64,000 nt of DNA, taken from NCBI RefSeq assembly GCF_006345805.1, contig NC_042999.1, positions 101,370,001 through 101,434,000 of the forward strand. Reading direction: 5' to 3'. Position numbers and translations under genes: made by a program. Below are positions 15,501 through 30,251 of the stretch, piece after piece (position 1 is the first letter of the stretch; each line of letters starts with the position of its first letter). The DNA comes from Octopus sinensis (lineage: Eukaryota). Under the pieces are notes generated by a model that worked only from the letters and a program-made list of their open reading frames with translations, made no database searches and had not been told where the DNA came from.

Positions 15501-16220
15501 TCAATTTCTTCAAGCAACACAACTACAGTAACCCAGCTGCCATAGGTTGGAAGTCCCACAAAACAGGTAAGAGCACCATCTTACTTCTTCTAGTTAAGCC
15601 ATACAGAAAAAAATTTAATGAATTATTTGTTACCATTTAAGTAAGTAGGTATTAGTGAAAGACAGATTTTCTAATCATACACCGCTTTTATCACTTTAGA
15701 GGGACCACACAAAGTGTAGATGCAAACAATGCCTTGGTACACAATTCCAACTAGCTTTGCTTTAGATTATTACAATTATAACCAAAATAAAATAGTTTGT
15801 ACTGAAACAAATTGCATGGTAAAGGATGATGAGCACACGTTTAGTATTTAATAATTCATTAGTCTAACATGAACCTGTTAGAAACAACACAATGAAAGTC
15901 AATAGAATAGAGATATGTACTGCAAATAAATTTACTAACAGGTTTATTTCTTTAGCACCTGTTGAATCATTGGAGATCAACACAAACATTTATTTTAATG
16001 CTCTTGTAACTATTATGTCAGTAAAATAAATCTTTTCTTTGCCTTAAATTACTATTTTTTTTTAATTAATAGGAAAGTAGGAAAGACATGAAAATAAAAA
16101 GGCAATTTATCACATGATACATATACCAATGCTTATCACAATACAAAATGTAGTTCTAAGTACACGTAATTGCTTTGAATAGCACATTCTTATAAGCACT
16201 GTGGTACAAGTGTGTATGTG

Positions 16221-16254
<34 letters not shown>

Positions 16255-17819
16255 TACACACACACACACATATATATATACACACACATACGCACTTGTA
16301 CCACCAGTATCAATATTGTCATTTACAAAATAAGTCTCAACATAAAGATGTGCAACATGAAATCTCAGTCACAAGTTCATATTAGAGTTGCTTAAGAGTT
16401 ATATATACATACATGTATACACACATACAACACACACGCACACACATTACACATGAATATACATCAATACCTAGATATAAGTAAATACACACCCTACATA
16501 AATATACAACCATAGACACACTGAATGTCATTGTACATATTGTCAGGTAAGAAGTGAAGATAGTGGATCAACAACTTATATCCAGAAGTTGCTGTCTAAA
16601 CAGCTGCACAGTCTGCTAAAGAAACTTGCCAATTAAACAAATTTGCATCTGTTCACATTAAATATGTCAGAATGACACAACAGCCTGATAAGAGATCTAA
16701 TAAAATGGATTAAATGAAATCTGTTGAATCTGTGAAATTATTTAATACACATTAATAACATGTAATTAATTCCCTTAAAATACAGAAAAACAAAATATGA
16801 GTATAAGTAGAGTTTATTATCCTACATATTACAAGTCAGTAGAACACTTTCATAGCAGGTGCAGATTATAAGGGAAATATCAGACAAAATAGATTAACTT
16901 GATTCTTAAAACACCCTATTTCTAAACTGTATAGCCAACAGAATGGGAAAATGCTACCACCAGTATCAATATTGTCATTTACAATAGGTCTCAACATAAA
17001 GATGTGCAACATGAAATCTCAGTTACAAGTTCATATTAGAGTTGCTTAAGAGTAAATTGAATCATCATAGCTCTAACGACTAGCAGAATAATAACTTCCT
17101 ATAAAATCTAGCAAATCAACTTAAATGAATAATCATAACTAAGTAATGAATTAGATAAGCTAGGTAAGAAAATACAAAACATAAAATGTAGATCATAATA
17201 ATGTGAGAACTGACCATAAGCAACTGCTACAAATCTATCTTGAAATTGGGACCAAATCTAAGTCAAGTCAAGGACTAGAGCTATCATAAGAAACTCACTC
17301 ACAAAATAGCATTTTTCTGTAACTTGTACAACCCTAACTAAATCCAATTTTAAACAAAGTGACAATATTATAAAAGTTTCAAGTCTAGAATAAGAAAATT
17401 CTGAAAATATACTTTGGATGAGTAGATGTTGTTATTGGTCTATCCAAGATATTCCTGTCAAGAAAGCCTATAATTATAGATCTGTTCCATTAGGACTGAC
17501 TTGAGGCTAGACAACAATGCATCACAATTGATTTTTTATTCACTGAGTGAAAACCTAATATATTCTACCAAGCAATAAACCATGTTATAAACATTCTACC
17601 ATGTTTGTTATAAACCAATAATTTCAAAACTTTTGACTGTAGTGCACTAGAAATCAGATAAAAAAATTTAGACACAATTCGCATGGTAACTTTTGAAAAA
17701 TGTTTACTTTGTTTTTATTACAGTGCAGTTACAAATAACATTTTTTTTTCTTTTCAAAATGCACAAGAATCAGTACAGATTTTTTTAAAGTATTAAATTA
17801 TATTTTTAGAAATCCACAA

Positions 17820-18038
17820 TGTACCTAGATACGTCTTGTTGTACATCAGAGTACTGCAGTGTAACATTTGAAAACCATTATTATAAACCATAAATTAGCA
17901 AGATGTCTCTAAGATAAGGTTCTTGAGATAAACAAGAACCTTATCTTAGAGACATCTTGCTAATTTATGGTTTATAATAATGGTTTTCAAATGTTATACA
18001 GCAGTACTCTGATGTACAACAAGAAGTATCTAGGTACA
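17820..18038. repeat. Near-perfect palindrome: 106-bp arms, 7-nt loop
   Basis: 17820-17925 is the reverse complement of 17933-18038 with 3 mismatches counted by eye. Confidence 0.92.
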
Positions 18039-20044
18039 AGCATGGAAAAGTGAATAGGAAAATGATGATGAGAAGGAGGATATGACAGGCAAAGTGGACC
18101 TACGCAGAATTGGAACTCAGAACATAAAGGTAGTCAAATAAATACTACAAAGTGTTTTGTCCATCACCCTGCCAACTCTACCAATACATCACCTTTATAA
18201 TATTGAATCCTAACATAGGTACAAGGCCATAAATTTGGGGGTAAAAACAGTTCAATCAACCTCAGAATCTGACTGGTACTTACTTTATCAACTCCCTGAA
18301 GAATAAAATATAAAATTCACCTCAATGGAATTTGAACTCAGAGCATAAATAGATATTACTAACCACCATACAGCATTTTGCAAGTTACTTTATCAATTTT
18401 ATCAAACTACTACCATATTGGAATGTTATAACATTAAGATGCTTTTAAATTATTGGAGGTTACTTATTGGTAGGTTTCAGTAGTAGTTTTGCTTCATTGT
18501 TACAGTATCACAAAAAAACTATTATATCTCTTAGGTTTATACAATGAACATATCTAATTTGTTATAAGTTATAATTTAGTTGTAAATTAGTCTTGATTAA
18601 TCAGAACTATGATTAAAGGTGTTACAGCTATAATGATGCTTTCCTTTATTTCAGACATAGATATATTTAGAAACATTATCCAGTGCCTCCTAATTTTCTA
18701 AAATGGCAAGGTATAATTTGAGGGTAAGTTGGCCACTTTCTAAGTTGAGCAATCCCATGGACATTCCTTCACAACCTAGAAGAGTGAAGACTCTCTATCA
18801 TCAGTTATGACTATATCAGATTGCATTTTACCAGAAATTTCTTTGCAATCAAGAAACAGACAACTGTGATGGCATACCTTGAAAATGAACTCTAGGTACT
18901 ACACACACACACACAGATGTGATGGAAAATGTCAACTGTATATGATAATAAAACAAAAAAATATCATAGATTGGGCTTCACAAGTGGAAATATGAATAGA
19001 GAACAAATTCATTCATACCATTTAACATAAGAAATTATAACTGAAATATTTCAAGTTAAACATCTATTAAATATGTTGCAAAGGAGATCTTAAAATGTCC
19101 TGAAAAGAGTAGAGGTGGCCAATTTTACCAGATAAATTGTTTACTTGAAATAATTATTTCAGCAAAAAAACAAAAAGATTTTTGAACAGTTGTGCCAAAG
19201 CCTACTATTTTTATATCCATTCCAAATCCTACTATTTTTATATCCATCCTATAATTATTGGTACACTCACTCACATTACCAAGTATTTAACTGAGCCAAT
19301 GAAGGTATGTTTGCATGACCTCCAAAAAACTGTAACTAATTTTCATATCACAGCTTGACTTTCTTCAGAATAATTGAAGGAATTAGACAAATTGACTATA
19401 GTTCTACAAAAGATAAGATTACCATGGTTGGGTTGTACAGATCTGTATGATCAGAGAACAGATATGGGTGTATAATTAAAACATTTGCTTTGCAGCTCTG
19501 TGGTTACAAGTTTAATACCACTGCACAACATCATGGGTAAGTGTCTTCTACAATGGCTTCAGGCCAATTAAAGCCTTGTGAATGAGATTTCGTAGATGAA
19601 AACTGTGAAAGTCCATCAAATAGAATTTTCCTGCCTTTCAGTGCCATAATCAGTGTCCATTCAGTTGCAAGCATTTGGACCAGGTATCTCGTCTGAGGAT
19701 AACATTGTTCCTTCTACCCATAAATATTGGAAACCCTGAAAATGGTCATAGGTATTGCAGTTCTTCCTCTGACTAAGTCATATTAGGAAATTAAAAAGGC
19801 ATTGTTTTGGAGCTGAACAACAACAAAATCCATCATAAACTTCAGAAAGCCAGGATTTCTTTTGCGTCACAATAAAACTCCATAATCAAATTTTTGACAA
19901 TTCAAATGATATAGAACAGTTCTCTGAAATAACTGCAAAGTAGATGTAAATATTTCAAAAAAAATATTAAGTTCTTGAATGTACCCTGGGGTCTTTTTAC
20001 ATAGATTAACATTCAGCAATACAAGAAACGCATACACATACACA

Positions 20045-20087
<43 letters not shown>

Positions 20088-22304
20088 CAAAAATTCATAG
20101 CCTAAGGAAGCCAAAGGTGCAAGTAAGAGAGACAACCTCCCATTCCATCCTTCCTGGTCATCAGCCACCTTGTGTTTTTTCTCCATCTTTTGTGTTCATT
20201 CCCTGATATTAACTCTCTCTCTTCTTCCCACTCTCTCCCAATAGATATATACAAATACATGTGTATGTGTGTTGTGTGCACATGTACATACACACACACA
20301 GACAAATGTAAAAAATATAAAGCTCTACCAAGATGTTACAGGAAATGTCAACTGTACAAAATAAAAATAATGAGATGTTATCCATGGACAGGTCTTTTCT
20401 ACTGAAAATGCTGAAAATATCAATGATGTAGAATAAGTCCATCTATCTTGGAAAGTACATTAATCTATTTCAAGTAACATCCCAAAATAATCAGCTACAT
20501 CCCAATAGCACAACATAAATTGATCTGCTCAAGTCAACAAGGGATTTTCAATATGGTCACTCAAAGTGCTAGAAATAGAAGCCTTATTGTCTTTATATTA
20601 CACCCTACTTTTTACAAAAAAAACTGTGTGTAAAATGTTAAGATGTGGTTGTGTGGTTGAAAAGCTTGCTTCCCAACCATCTAGTTTTGTGTTCAATCCC
20701 ACTGCATGGCAGCCTAGGATCAACCAAAGCCTTTATAGTGGATTTGAAAATATGTAACCACAGTGGTGGTTAAATATTTTCTTAAGTCCACCATTTCATC
20801 AATTACAGCAGCTTCCAAGCTTCACCACTAATTCAGTTCTCAACTAAATTGCAAACTGTTAATAGTTTTAAAGAGGACACCTCCTCAGCTACACTTTGGC
20901 ATAAATAGTTTGAAATTTGATTCAGTAGAAAAACAATTACATCAAAATATCTGCAACCTCAAGAGGGGCAGATATTCATCTTCAATTAACATAAATTCTT
21001 AAATTTTAAATTAAAAGTATCCTTTTCTAAGGCTTAAATGATAGAAAATGCATGAGGAATTCAAAATCGTTAGTTGTATTGAACAAAAATTAGTAGAAAA
21101 TCAGTTATGAAGTAAAATATTACGAAATTTTATGTCAAGTAAGGGAATAGCGCTTAAGCAATAAGAATAAAGAATATATTTCTAAAATGAATGTTTATAT
21201 TCTAAGGCAGCGAGCTGACAGAAACGTTAGTGCGCTGGGTGAAATGTTTAGCTGTATTTTGTCTGTCTTTACATTTTGAGTTCAAATTTTGCAGAGGTCG
21301 ACTTTGACGTACAGATTATTTAATTCATTTTTTTTAAGTAAATACTTTCAATACTGGTAGAATATGTCACATAGAACAGGGTTTACTCTTAACGTTTTTG
21401 ACAAAATTTTGTATTTTAGAAGTTATTTCGTCAGAAGTTACAGAGTGACAATGGACAAATTTGTGTTTGATAAGTGCCAATACACGAAACTCTTAGCTTT
21501 TGACTTACTCTCTAACTTCTGCCAATGATATACATATTACATATTTGTGTAAAAATTCTCATCACGCAATCAAACCAGTGAAAGAGCCTCTACCTGCTCA
21601 CTCAACACGCTAAAAATAGCAGCCAAAGTATCCCCCAACCTAAATTACATGCCCATTGTATGTAATGTCCTTGATTATCCCTAAAAAGATGGCTTACTGA
21701 AGGCTGGAATGTCTTTGATAGGTTTGCAGTATCAGGGTTGATTTGATTCTAAATAACAGCAACATTATGGTAAATTTCTACATTGACACCTACACGATTT
21801 TCACTAAGTAAAAAAAACAAAAAATTTGATTTTTTGTGTGTAATCAAGTACCCTGACCACCTAATATACTGCAAATTCCTTATTTTGGTTCAGAAAAAAT
21901 GAGGTGGGATTCCCCACCCCAATACCGGAATGACTGGAATTTTTTTTTTTTTTTTCATTGAATGAATTCCAGTGACCTCCTAATATTACAAAATTAAGTT
22001 ACTTAAGGTGAGCCTAGTAACTGATGGTTTTGGGGGTCTTGTTGTTTGTAACGTTTGGTGAGCCATGGTGCAACCAACAACATGGTAAAAATCCCTGCCA
22101 TTAATTTGTTGTGGATGGGTAATATCAAATAATTCAATCACAACATATATTTAAATTAAACATGAAAAAAATTGAAATATTATCATCACTTACATGGAAA
22201 AATCGAAATATTATCTTTCAATATTTAATAAGGTAAAATCTTAAATTATTAATTGATACATTATTAATTATCTTATAACAGCAATGCCTGGAAAAGTCAT
22301 AGAT

Positions 22305-22874
22305 TACATGGAAAAATGCAAGCATGAAAAGTAATATTCTTAAGATTATAAACCTGAAAAAGTGCAGGACAAGTCATTACACCTGTAAAAGTATAGAACA
22401 ATCTATTACTTCTAGTAAAGAATAAGAAACTTTTTACTTAAAATATTGCAGCTAAAATCAAAATTTGGATATTAAAACTTATTTTATTACAAATAATACT
22501 ATACTTATTTAAGTAGAATTTGGCTAATTTTCTGCCTTAAATAATAAGTATACTTACAAATAATACTATACTTATTTAAGTAGAATTGGCTAATTTACTA
22601 CCTTAAATACAGAAAAAAGTGACTAATTAGACAAACTTACAAATTAGCTGATCAGTTTTGCACAATAAATTTAAAAGATGAGAACTGTAAAGAGTGATAA
22701 ATTAGAAGAACTGGCATTCTTTGCTGCAATATTTTAAGTAAAAAGTTTCTTATTATTTACTTTACTAAAAGTAATAGCTTGTCCTATACTTTCACAGGTG
22801 TAATAACTTGTCCTGTACTTTTCCAGGTTTATAATCTTATGAATATTACTTTTCATGCTTGCATTTTCCATGTA
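22305..22874. mobile_element. MITE of about 570 bp with about 150-bp TIRs and a probable TA TSD
   Basis: TA-CATGGAAAAATGCAAGCATGAAAAGTAATATT... mirrored by ...AATATTACTTTTCATGCTTGCATTTTCCATG-TA; internal duplication of about 55 bp. Confidence 0.8.
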
Positions 22875-22934
22875 ATATACATATAGGTGTGTATCTATGT
22901 GTGTGAGTTTCTGTGTCTTTGTGTACTGAAGTCA

Positions 22935-23240
22935 TTTGACTTAGTGGTTAGGGTATTCAGCTTTCAATTATAAGGTTTTGAGTTCAATTCCTGGCAGCAT
23001 ATTGTCTCCTGAGCAAGACACTTTATTTCATGTTGTTCCAGTCCACTCAGCCAGCAAAAACAAGTAATACCTGTATGTTCAAAGAGCCAGCCTTGTCACA
23101 TGTTGAATCTCCCTCAAAATTATGTTAAGGGTACGTGTATCTGACAAGTGCTCAGCCACTTGCACATTAATTTTACAAGCAGGCTGTTCCATTGATCAGA
23201 TCAACTTGGAATCCTCATAGCCATTACCAACAAAGTGAAA
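22935..23240 (+). mobile_element. tRNA-derived SINE family D
   Basis: Head ttagtggttagggtatt...gagttcaattcctgg and core ccagtccactcagc; related minus copy at 40950-41195. Confidence 0.65.
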
Positions 23241-23481
23241 GTGTGTGTATGTATGTGTGTTTGTGCATGTGTGTACATGTCCCTCTGTGTTTGTGCATGT
23301 CCCTCTGCATTTGTTCCCCACCACTGCTTGACAACCAGCATTGGGTTTTTTATGTTCCTTTAACTTAGCAGTTTAGCAAAAGAGACCAGCAGAATAAATA
23401 CCAGGCTTTAAAAAAATAAGTACTGGAGTTGAGGTATTCAAGCAAATCCTTCAAGATAATGCCCCAGCATAACCACAGTCC

Positions 23482-25970
23482 AATGACTGAAACAAGATAA
23501 AAGAGGCATATTGATTCTACATGTCTACTGAGAAACACCAATAGGTGTTCGATGAATTTCACTGAGGTTACACTTCTGTTGAGAAACATCAATATGTCCA
23601 GAGTTCTCAATGAAAAAAATATGAGTATTAATTCAAATTAATATCTTTCTTTCACGGCATACTTGAGCTTACTTTAACAATTTAATACTCAAAGCATTAA
23701 ATAGGATTTCATTCATTTAATTCATATATAACTTTTACTCTAAGGAACAACTTCACAAATCACTACCTGGAGTGTTATATTGCCACTATCATTTGGTGGT
23801 AATTAAGCAACACTAATAATAAATCAAAAACACATAAAAATAAACAAGCTTTTGACGGTTTTATAAATATTTCAAAATTATGATGCTATGATGCTAGGTG
23901 TTTCCATTATTTTGTCCAACTCCTGTATATATAAACTCCAAACTGATTTCTATATAATTTGATAATTATTGTCTTGTAAGGCAGGAGAAAGACACAGAAG
24001 GATAGCCTGCTAAATAGACAGACAATTTATATTAGGTGTTATGACAGTTAAATACAGCAGACATATATGCTATATTTGTTTTCTAATTTGTCTTTTTAAA
24101 TATATTTTTTTCTATTATGTTTTTGTGTTAAATTATTTTTATATTCTTTGCCTGTTTTTTCTTGATATTTTATAAATTTATTTTATATGTATATTATACA
24201 TACATATGTATACTTTTTATTTATCTTTATTCATAATTATGTTTTTGGAGTTTTTCTTTTTTCAAATTCTATTTTACACTATAATTTGTGTTATTTTATG
24301 TTACTTTCTTATATTCAATTATTTTCTTTTAAATTTTAATTTCAAAAAGACATTTTCTGGAAAACAGCTTCAGCTAAGAAGATTGCGTTTCTAATTGTCT
24401 AAATGTCTTTTAACTTATAAATATGCTATTGTATTACCTTATAGTAAATTATATTACTGCAAAATAAAATAAATATCTCTCTATGATGGTGAAAACATTA
24501 GTTTGATGATTGATTGTTACAAGTTGAAATTAGGTTTGACCAATAAACAGAATTCATTCATAAGACAAAAAATATTAATATTGAAAGATTGATTATGTAT
24601 AAATATTTTATATGACCCATTGAACAGCTACCATGAATAGTAGTTGTAACAATTATGCTGATTAAAAAATAAATTAACTTGTAGAAAGATTGGTATGTAT
24701 AAATAAGAATTTTGAAATTTCACTACTGCTAATGAAATAAAAGCGGTGGTGGGTTGGTGGAAACACGGAGCGTTAGATTGAATGCATTACAGTATTTACT
24801 TCATTCTTCTTCATTGAGAGTTCAGTTCTTGTTGAAAACAAATTTTTCTCTTCTTCACCTATAATAAAATATGCATAAAGAATATACTAGATTGTGTTAT
24901 ACATCTTGCCTGTGAACCTTTCTGAACCAATAAGTGACTTTTGTGTTTACTCACTTCTGGAAAAATAGCAACAAAATTTCCTTCAAACGCCACATTACTA
25001 GCTTATATCAAAGAATCACACATTTGATAATGTAGTGCTATACATTATGGTTGAGAAAAAAAAGGAGAGAAGATGGGCCAGTCATGGTTTAAATATCTTC
25101 GATTTTAGATGTGTTCTATCAAGTCTGACATGAGGCTAAACAACTTGACCTTGTATATAGTCAATTATAATCAAACAGGAGTAAGTTTTACTCCTAATAT
25201 AATTAGAGAAGTAAAATGACTAGATGATGACTACTTCGGTCATCACACATATTGGGCCACCAGCTCATAGTCATCAGTTCAAATATTTTGCAAATATTTT
25301 TCAACAGTATGTGCATCCAAAACTAAGTGCTCTTTTTTTAAGGCAGTAGAATGTGATTTGAGAGAGATTTGATTGTTTCATTCGCTTGAATGATCCTTTA
25401 GAAGTTGCATTTTTGGTTCCTTCAACATTAATGAAGTTAATTATTGCCTTAAAAAAATATCTATTTTCTATGAAGATATTGACACTGTTCTATTTGGAAT
25501 AAATGGGCCATTATGGGACTAACAGCTCTGAGATTAAGATCCTGGACAGTAAGAAATATAGTCAATGGGTCAAAACTTGCTATCGCATTGTTTCTCAAGA
25601 CAAGGTACATTACTCTACAAGTCTCAGCTATGCTAGGAATACCCGCTTCAACATTAACAGATTTCAACGAGAAGGAGTGTTTGGTTGTTTAATAGTTTGT
25701 TCAACAATATGAAAATATCTTGAATTCATTAAAACTACATCATGTTCTAGCAAGGAAAACTGAAGATAAAATCAAATTCATTAATAGGAATCTATTTTAT
25801 TATAGAAGAGTTTGAAGGTTTAATATGTCCTGAATCCTTTAACCAAATTTATCAATTCAGCTTCTTGTCTTGAAGCAGCAGCTACATCAATCTATACTGT
25901 CAATCTATGCTATCACAGAATATTGATTTTAAAACATTATATATATATATGTGTGTGTGTGTATACATAC

Positions 25971-26003
<33 letters not shown>

Positions 26004-26032
26004 TACATACATACATACATACACATATATAT

Positions 26033-26105
<73 letters not shown>

Positions 26106-27582
26106 CACCATTTAACGTCTGTTTTCCAAGCTGGTGTAAGTTGGATTGTTTGACAGGATCTGGTGAGCTGTGGGGCTGCGCTGAGTTCAAGTGTCAGCTT
26201 TGGTATGGTTTTTACTGATGGTTGCTCTTCCTGATGTCAACCACATTACAGTGTGTATTGGTACATCTTTTTTGTGAGGTTGCAAAACAGAAAAAGAACG
26301 GGGAAAAGTCCCTACTACTAAATGATGGTGGTGTTTGAGAGGGGAGAGATTGTTTTATGCCAAGTGTTCAAAGGCTAAGGTATGATAGTGAGACAAATAC
26401 AAGTATTTTGCTTTAGAGGAAGTACATGGCTATTACATATTATATAGGGATGAGTAAGTGTAGTTAGGAACGAGATAAATGAAGTTAATGATGGGGTACC
26501 AGAACAAATCTTCATGGTACAAGAAGGTGAGCATAAGAGAGAATATGGACAGTGGCTTACAGAGGTGGAAAGAGTAACAGATAGTTAGAGATGGGAATAG
26601 AAGCGAATATAGTGAGTGATGAGCAAAGGTGGAGGTGTGGTTGATGGGAAATATCAGTATGGAGAGATGTAAGGTGAGAGAGATAAAAGTGACTCAGAAA
26701 GGATAGATCAGAAGGTAGGGGAATGATGTGCAATGTGCAGGAATGACAGGGGGGGGGGAATATGTAGGGTACATAAGGGTGATAACAGATATGAGAGGAT
26801 ACTGAGAAAGATAGTAGAAATGTGAGGTGTTAAAATGGAGTATGGCTGAGAAGAGAGGTAAATGAAGACACAGAGAGAAGGTGATTGGTGAAAATAGTGA
26901 GGATGAGGAAAAACAGATAATGGGGACAAAGAATTGAAGTGGTTCTAATGGGGAGTAGGTAATTGGTAGTTTGAAGAAAGGGGTAGGAGTAATATGTCCC
27001 AATACTTCCCTCAAGTGGTTACAGTTGCCCAATAGTGCTATAGATAGAGAAGTGGTGGAGGACTGAGTGTTAGAGGAACAATATGTGGCGTATTCTTGAC
27101 AGTGCAGACTGGGTTACAGGTATAGACAGAATGCTTTTAGATAAAACCAAATAATGATTAGAAATTTATGTATACAATGAAGCAAATGAGTACGCAATAG
27201 AGAGAGATAGAGAGGAATAATTTTCATTTGAAACTATGAAGATATACTGAGTTTTGCATTACCACCAAATGATAGTGGCAGTATAACACTCCAGGTAGTG
27301 ATTTGTGAAGTTGTTCCTTAGAGTAAAAGTTATATATGAATTAAATGAATGAAATCATATTTAATGCTTTGAGTATTAAATTGTTAAAGTAAGCTCAAGT
27401 ATGCCGTGAAAGAAAGATATTAATGTGAATTAATACTCATGTTATTTTTTTCATTGAGAACTCTGGACATATTGGTGTTTCTCAACAGAAGTGTAACCTC
27501 AGTGAAATTCATCGAAAACCTAATAGTGTTTCTCAGTAGACATGTAGAATCAATATGCCTCTTTTGTTTTGTTTCAGTCATT
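23482..27582. repeat. Inverted repeat pair, arms 23482-23803 and 27258-27582
   Basis: About 325-bp arms with roughly ten differences by eye, 3.45-kb spacer. Confidence 0.9.
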
Positions 27583-28179
27583 CTTGTATCTATCCCTCAA
27601 ATGAATATGTAAATAAAATTTACAAACAACTGCTATGATTAAGCAAAATACAAAAGGCAAATATAGACAGACACCTCATAAAAAGGAATATCTATGGAAG
27701 AGGAAAGCATTCATTTTTATGTTAGTGACCAAATAATTATTGCTGGGGTGGAGGTTGTACTGAAATCATAGTAGTTAAAGGTAAGAAAGAAGTAAAATAA
27801 GTCCATAGGGCTATCTTATTATAACTATTTATAACAAGGTTTCTTCAAAAACCAAAAAGGAAGCTACTTTGTGGTCATCTGGTCTGTGAAAAGTAGACAA
27901 ATATCCCACCATCTTAAAAAAAGAGGACTTGTTTGATTACAGAATCTTAAAAAGCTGGAATGATCATGATGGAAATCCTAAGCAACATCAAAAACAGAGT
28001 ACCTCCATGTGAACTCAATGTAGCATGTGTATGGAGTCTGATGTTGTATGGCTCTGAATATAGAAGATGTGAAGTAGTTAGAGAAAGATAACTTCCATGA
28101 AAGTGAAGCACAAGCAAGCTGAGAGAGTGTCTGATCATAAAAGGTATGAGATAAGTCTTCAAAAAGTCTTCATGTGAAT

Positions 28180-28925
28180 GTGACCTGGGTGTTATTGTCG
28201 ACAGTGATTTGCGTTGGACAAAACACATTGCTAAAATTGTCAAGAAGGCTGAGGGTGTCTTGGCATCACTCACCAAATCCTTTGTGAGCCGCTCTCCGGC
28301 TATCTATCTGCGGCTTTATATAGCTATGGTAAGACCTCACCTGGAATTTGCATCACCGGTCTGGAACCCCTATCTTGCCCAGGATATCAATCGTCTGGAA
28401 GCTGTTCAGCGACGTGCAACCAAAAGAATACCCTCCATCAGGCATTTGCCATATCCTGAACGCCTTACTTCCCTGGGCATGGACACATTGAAACTCCGAC
28501 GTCTGGCAGCTGACTTGACAGACACCCATAAAATTATCAACCATCGTACAAACAATAACTCTGAGCACCTTTTCAAACTCCACCCATCTAACACCCGTGG
28601 ACATATTTACAAAGTAAGAAAACAGCACAGCTCCCATCACTTCAGGAAACATTTTTTCATGCTGAGAGTTGCTGAAGCATGGAACAAACTGCCGGCATCA
28701 GTTGTTAGTTGTCGGAGCACTGTATCCTTCAAAACTTCCATGCTTCCTGAGATTCGCCAACACTACACTTGATTTTCTCCCCTCCATACACACACAAGCA
28801 TGTATCTGACTCATACATTGTTTGCTTTCCAGACATTTCTACATTACTGCATGTACTTTATATGCACTTTCTGACAAGTTGTGGTGCACCTGAGCACTGT
28901 ATACAATAATTTCATTATTATATTA
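28180..28925 (+). mobile_element. CR1 LINE 3' end (RT C-terminus, 3' UTR, (ATT)n tail), 5'-truncated
   Basis: ORF 28209-28772 has RPHLEFASPVWNPYLAQDINRLEAVQRRATKRIP; upstream CDLGVIVDSDLRW; tail aataatttcattattatattatta. Confidence 0.88.
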
Positions 28926-29985
28926 TTATATAATATATACAAGAGAGACGGATGCTTTCATATGGATATGTGAGGTGAAAATGCATAGTTTACAAATAAT
29001 AAAGAATGCCAGAGACAAAAGAAAACAGGTTTCAGGATGGTGTGACTCACAGGAGTTGCACAAGAAGCAATTTGTCATAGTGTAAAACTTGTTCAGATTG
29101 TGCCAGCATAAAGAAAAAAAAAACAGACATTAAATTAATGAAGTGTTAAAGTGGTGATGAATTAATGATATAATCAGGAAAGCATTATTGCTAGAAATAG
29201 CAGCCAAATTTCCCTCAACTCACAACCTCTGTTTTCTTCATGAGGTTCAGTTCCCTATGACTTAATTCTTCTTATATCTTCTTTTTTTCAAAAGTCCCTT
29301 CCTCTAAAATAACTTTTTATCCAGTTACATCTTTCATATACATCACATGTCTGTACAAGTGCAGATTTCCTGCTTGCATGCTACAGCTGATTCCTCTTAT
29401 ACCCAGTTTATCTCTCAGCCCATTTGCTCTTTACTAATCATGCACACTATCTTGAATTCTGCAATCTAGCATGAAACGGTATTCTATCTTATGCTCAATG
29501 AAAATTATATCAATCTCATCAAGGAATGTTAACATGAAGAAACTTATTCAGGAAATAAAGCATCTTATGTATGTGTTGGAAAGCACTTTTCTTTAAGAAA
29601 GGATCACATGAAGAATTTGCTAAATGAAATTCAAATTCAAGGCAAGAAAATGCTCACTGTAAATCAAAACACTAAAAGCTTTTAAAATCTGGCCTAAAGC
29701 TTTCAAGACACCTTAATTAATGGCTTGAAGCATTCTATAACTCTAGAAAACTGTATCCCTTCAGAGAAAATATTAAACATTATTACTGTTGAGTCAGATT
29801 TGTATAAACGGTCCTGCCTTTAATCTTACTATTACAAAAATTATAAGAATGCTAATCCTAAAATTTATGATCTTATTAACCAACTCTATTTTATGTTTCT
29901 TGTATATTGTGTGTAATATGTATGGAATAGATATAAATCTAGCATATGAAAGTATATCTTCTTCAATATACATATAAACATGCAT

Positions 29986-30251
29986 ATACAATTGCAGTCA
30001 AAAGTTTGAAACACAGGCCTGAAAATTAGAATTTTTATATTAAATGTCCAAAGTTATATTTAATTTGCAATACATTATTACTTGGCCAAAAGTTTGGATC
30101 ATAGGTCTGAAAATTTTTTCTTCTAGATATTGAACCTTTGGATCAGTTATTAGGTGAGTATATCTCTACATTGTATCTATTTGAATTGAATTGTAGTTGG
30201 GCATAATAATTTTTTCTTTTTTTATGATCCAAACTTTTGATCACAGCTGTA
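29986..30251. mobile_element. Tc1-like MITE
   Basis: Left tacaattgcagtcaaaagtttg, right caaacttttgatcacagctgta, TA at both ends. Confidence 0.55.

Noticed and set aside
18760-18810. Minus-strand CTGATGA followed by a strong hairpin (TAGAGAGT-cttc-ACTCTTCTA)
   Set aside because: No GAAA follows helix II, and there is no helix I or III; not a hammerhead.
25461-25712. Overlapping short ORFs in non-repetitive sequence, tested as TULP4 exon 2
   Set aside because: No similarity to the expected WD40 peptide and no convincing splice sites.
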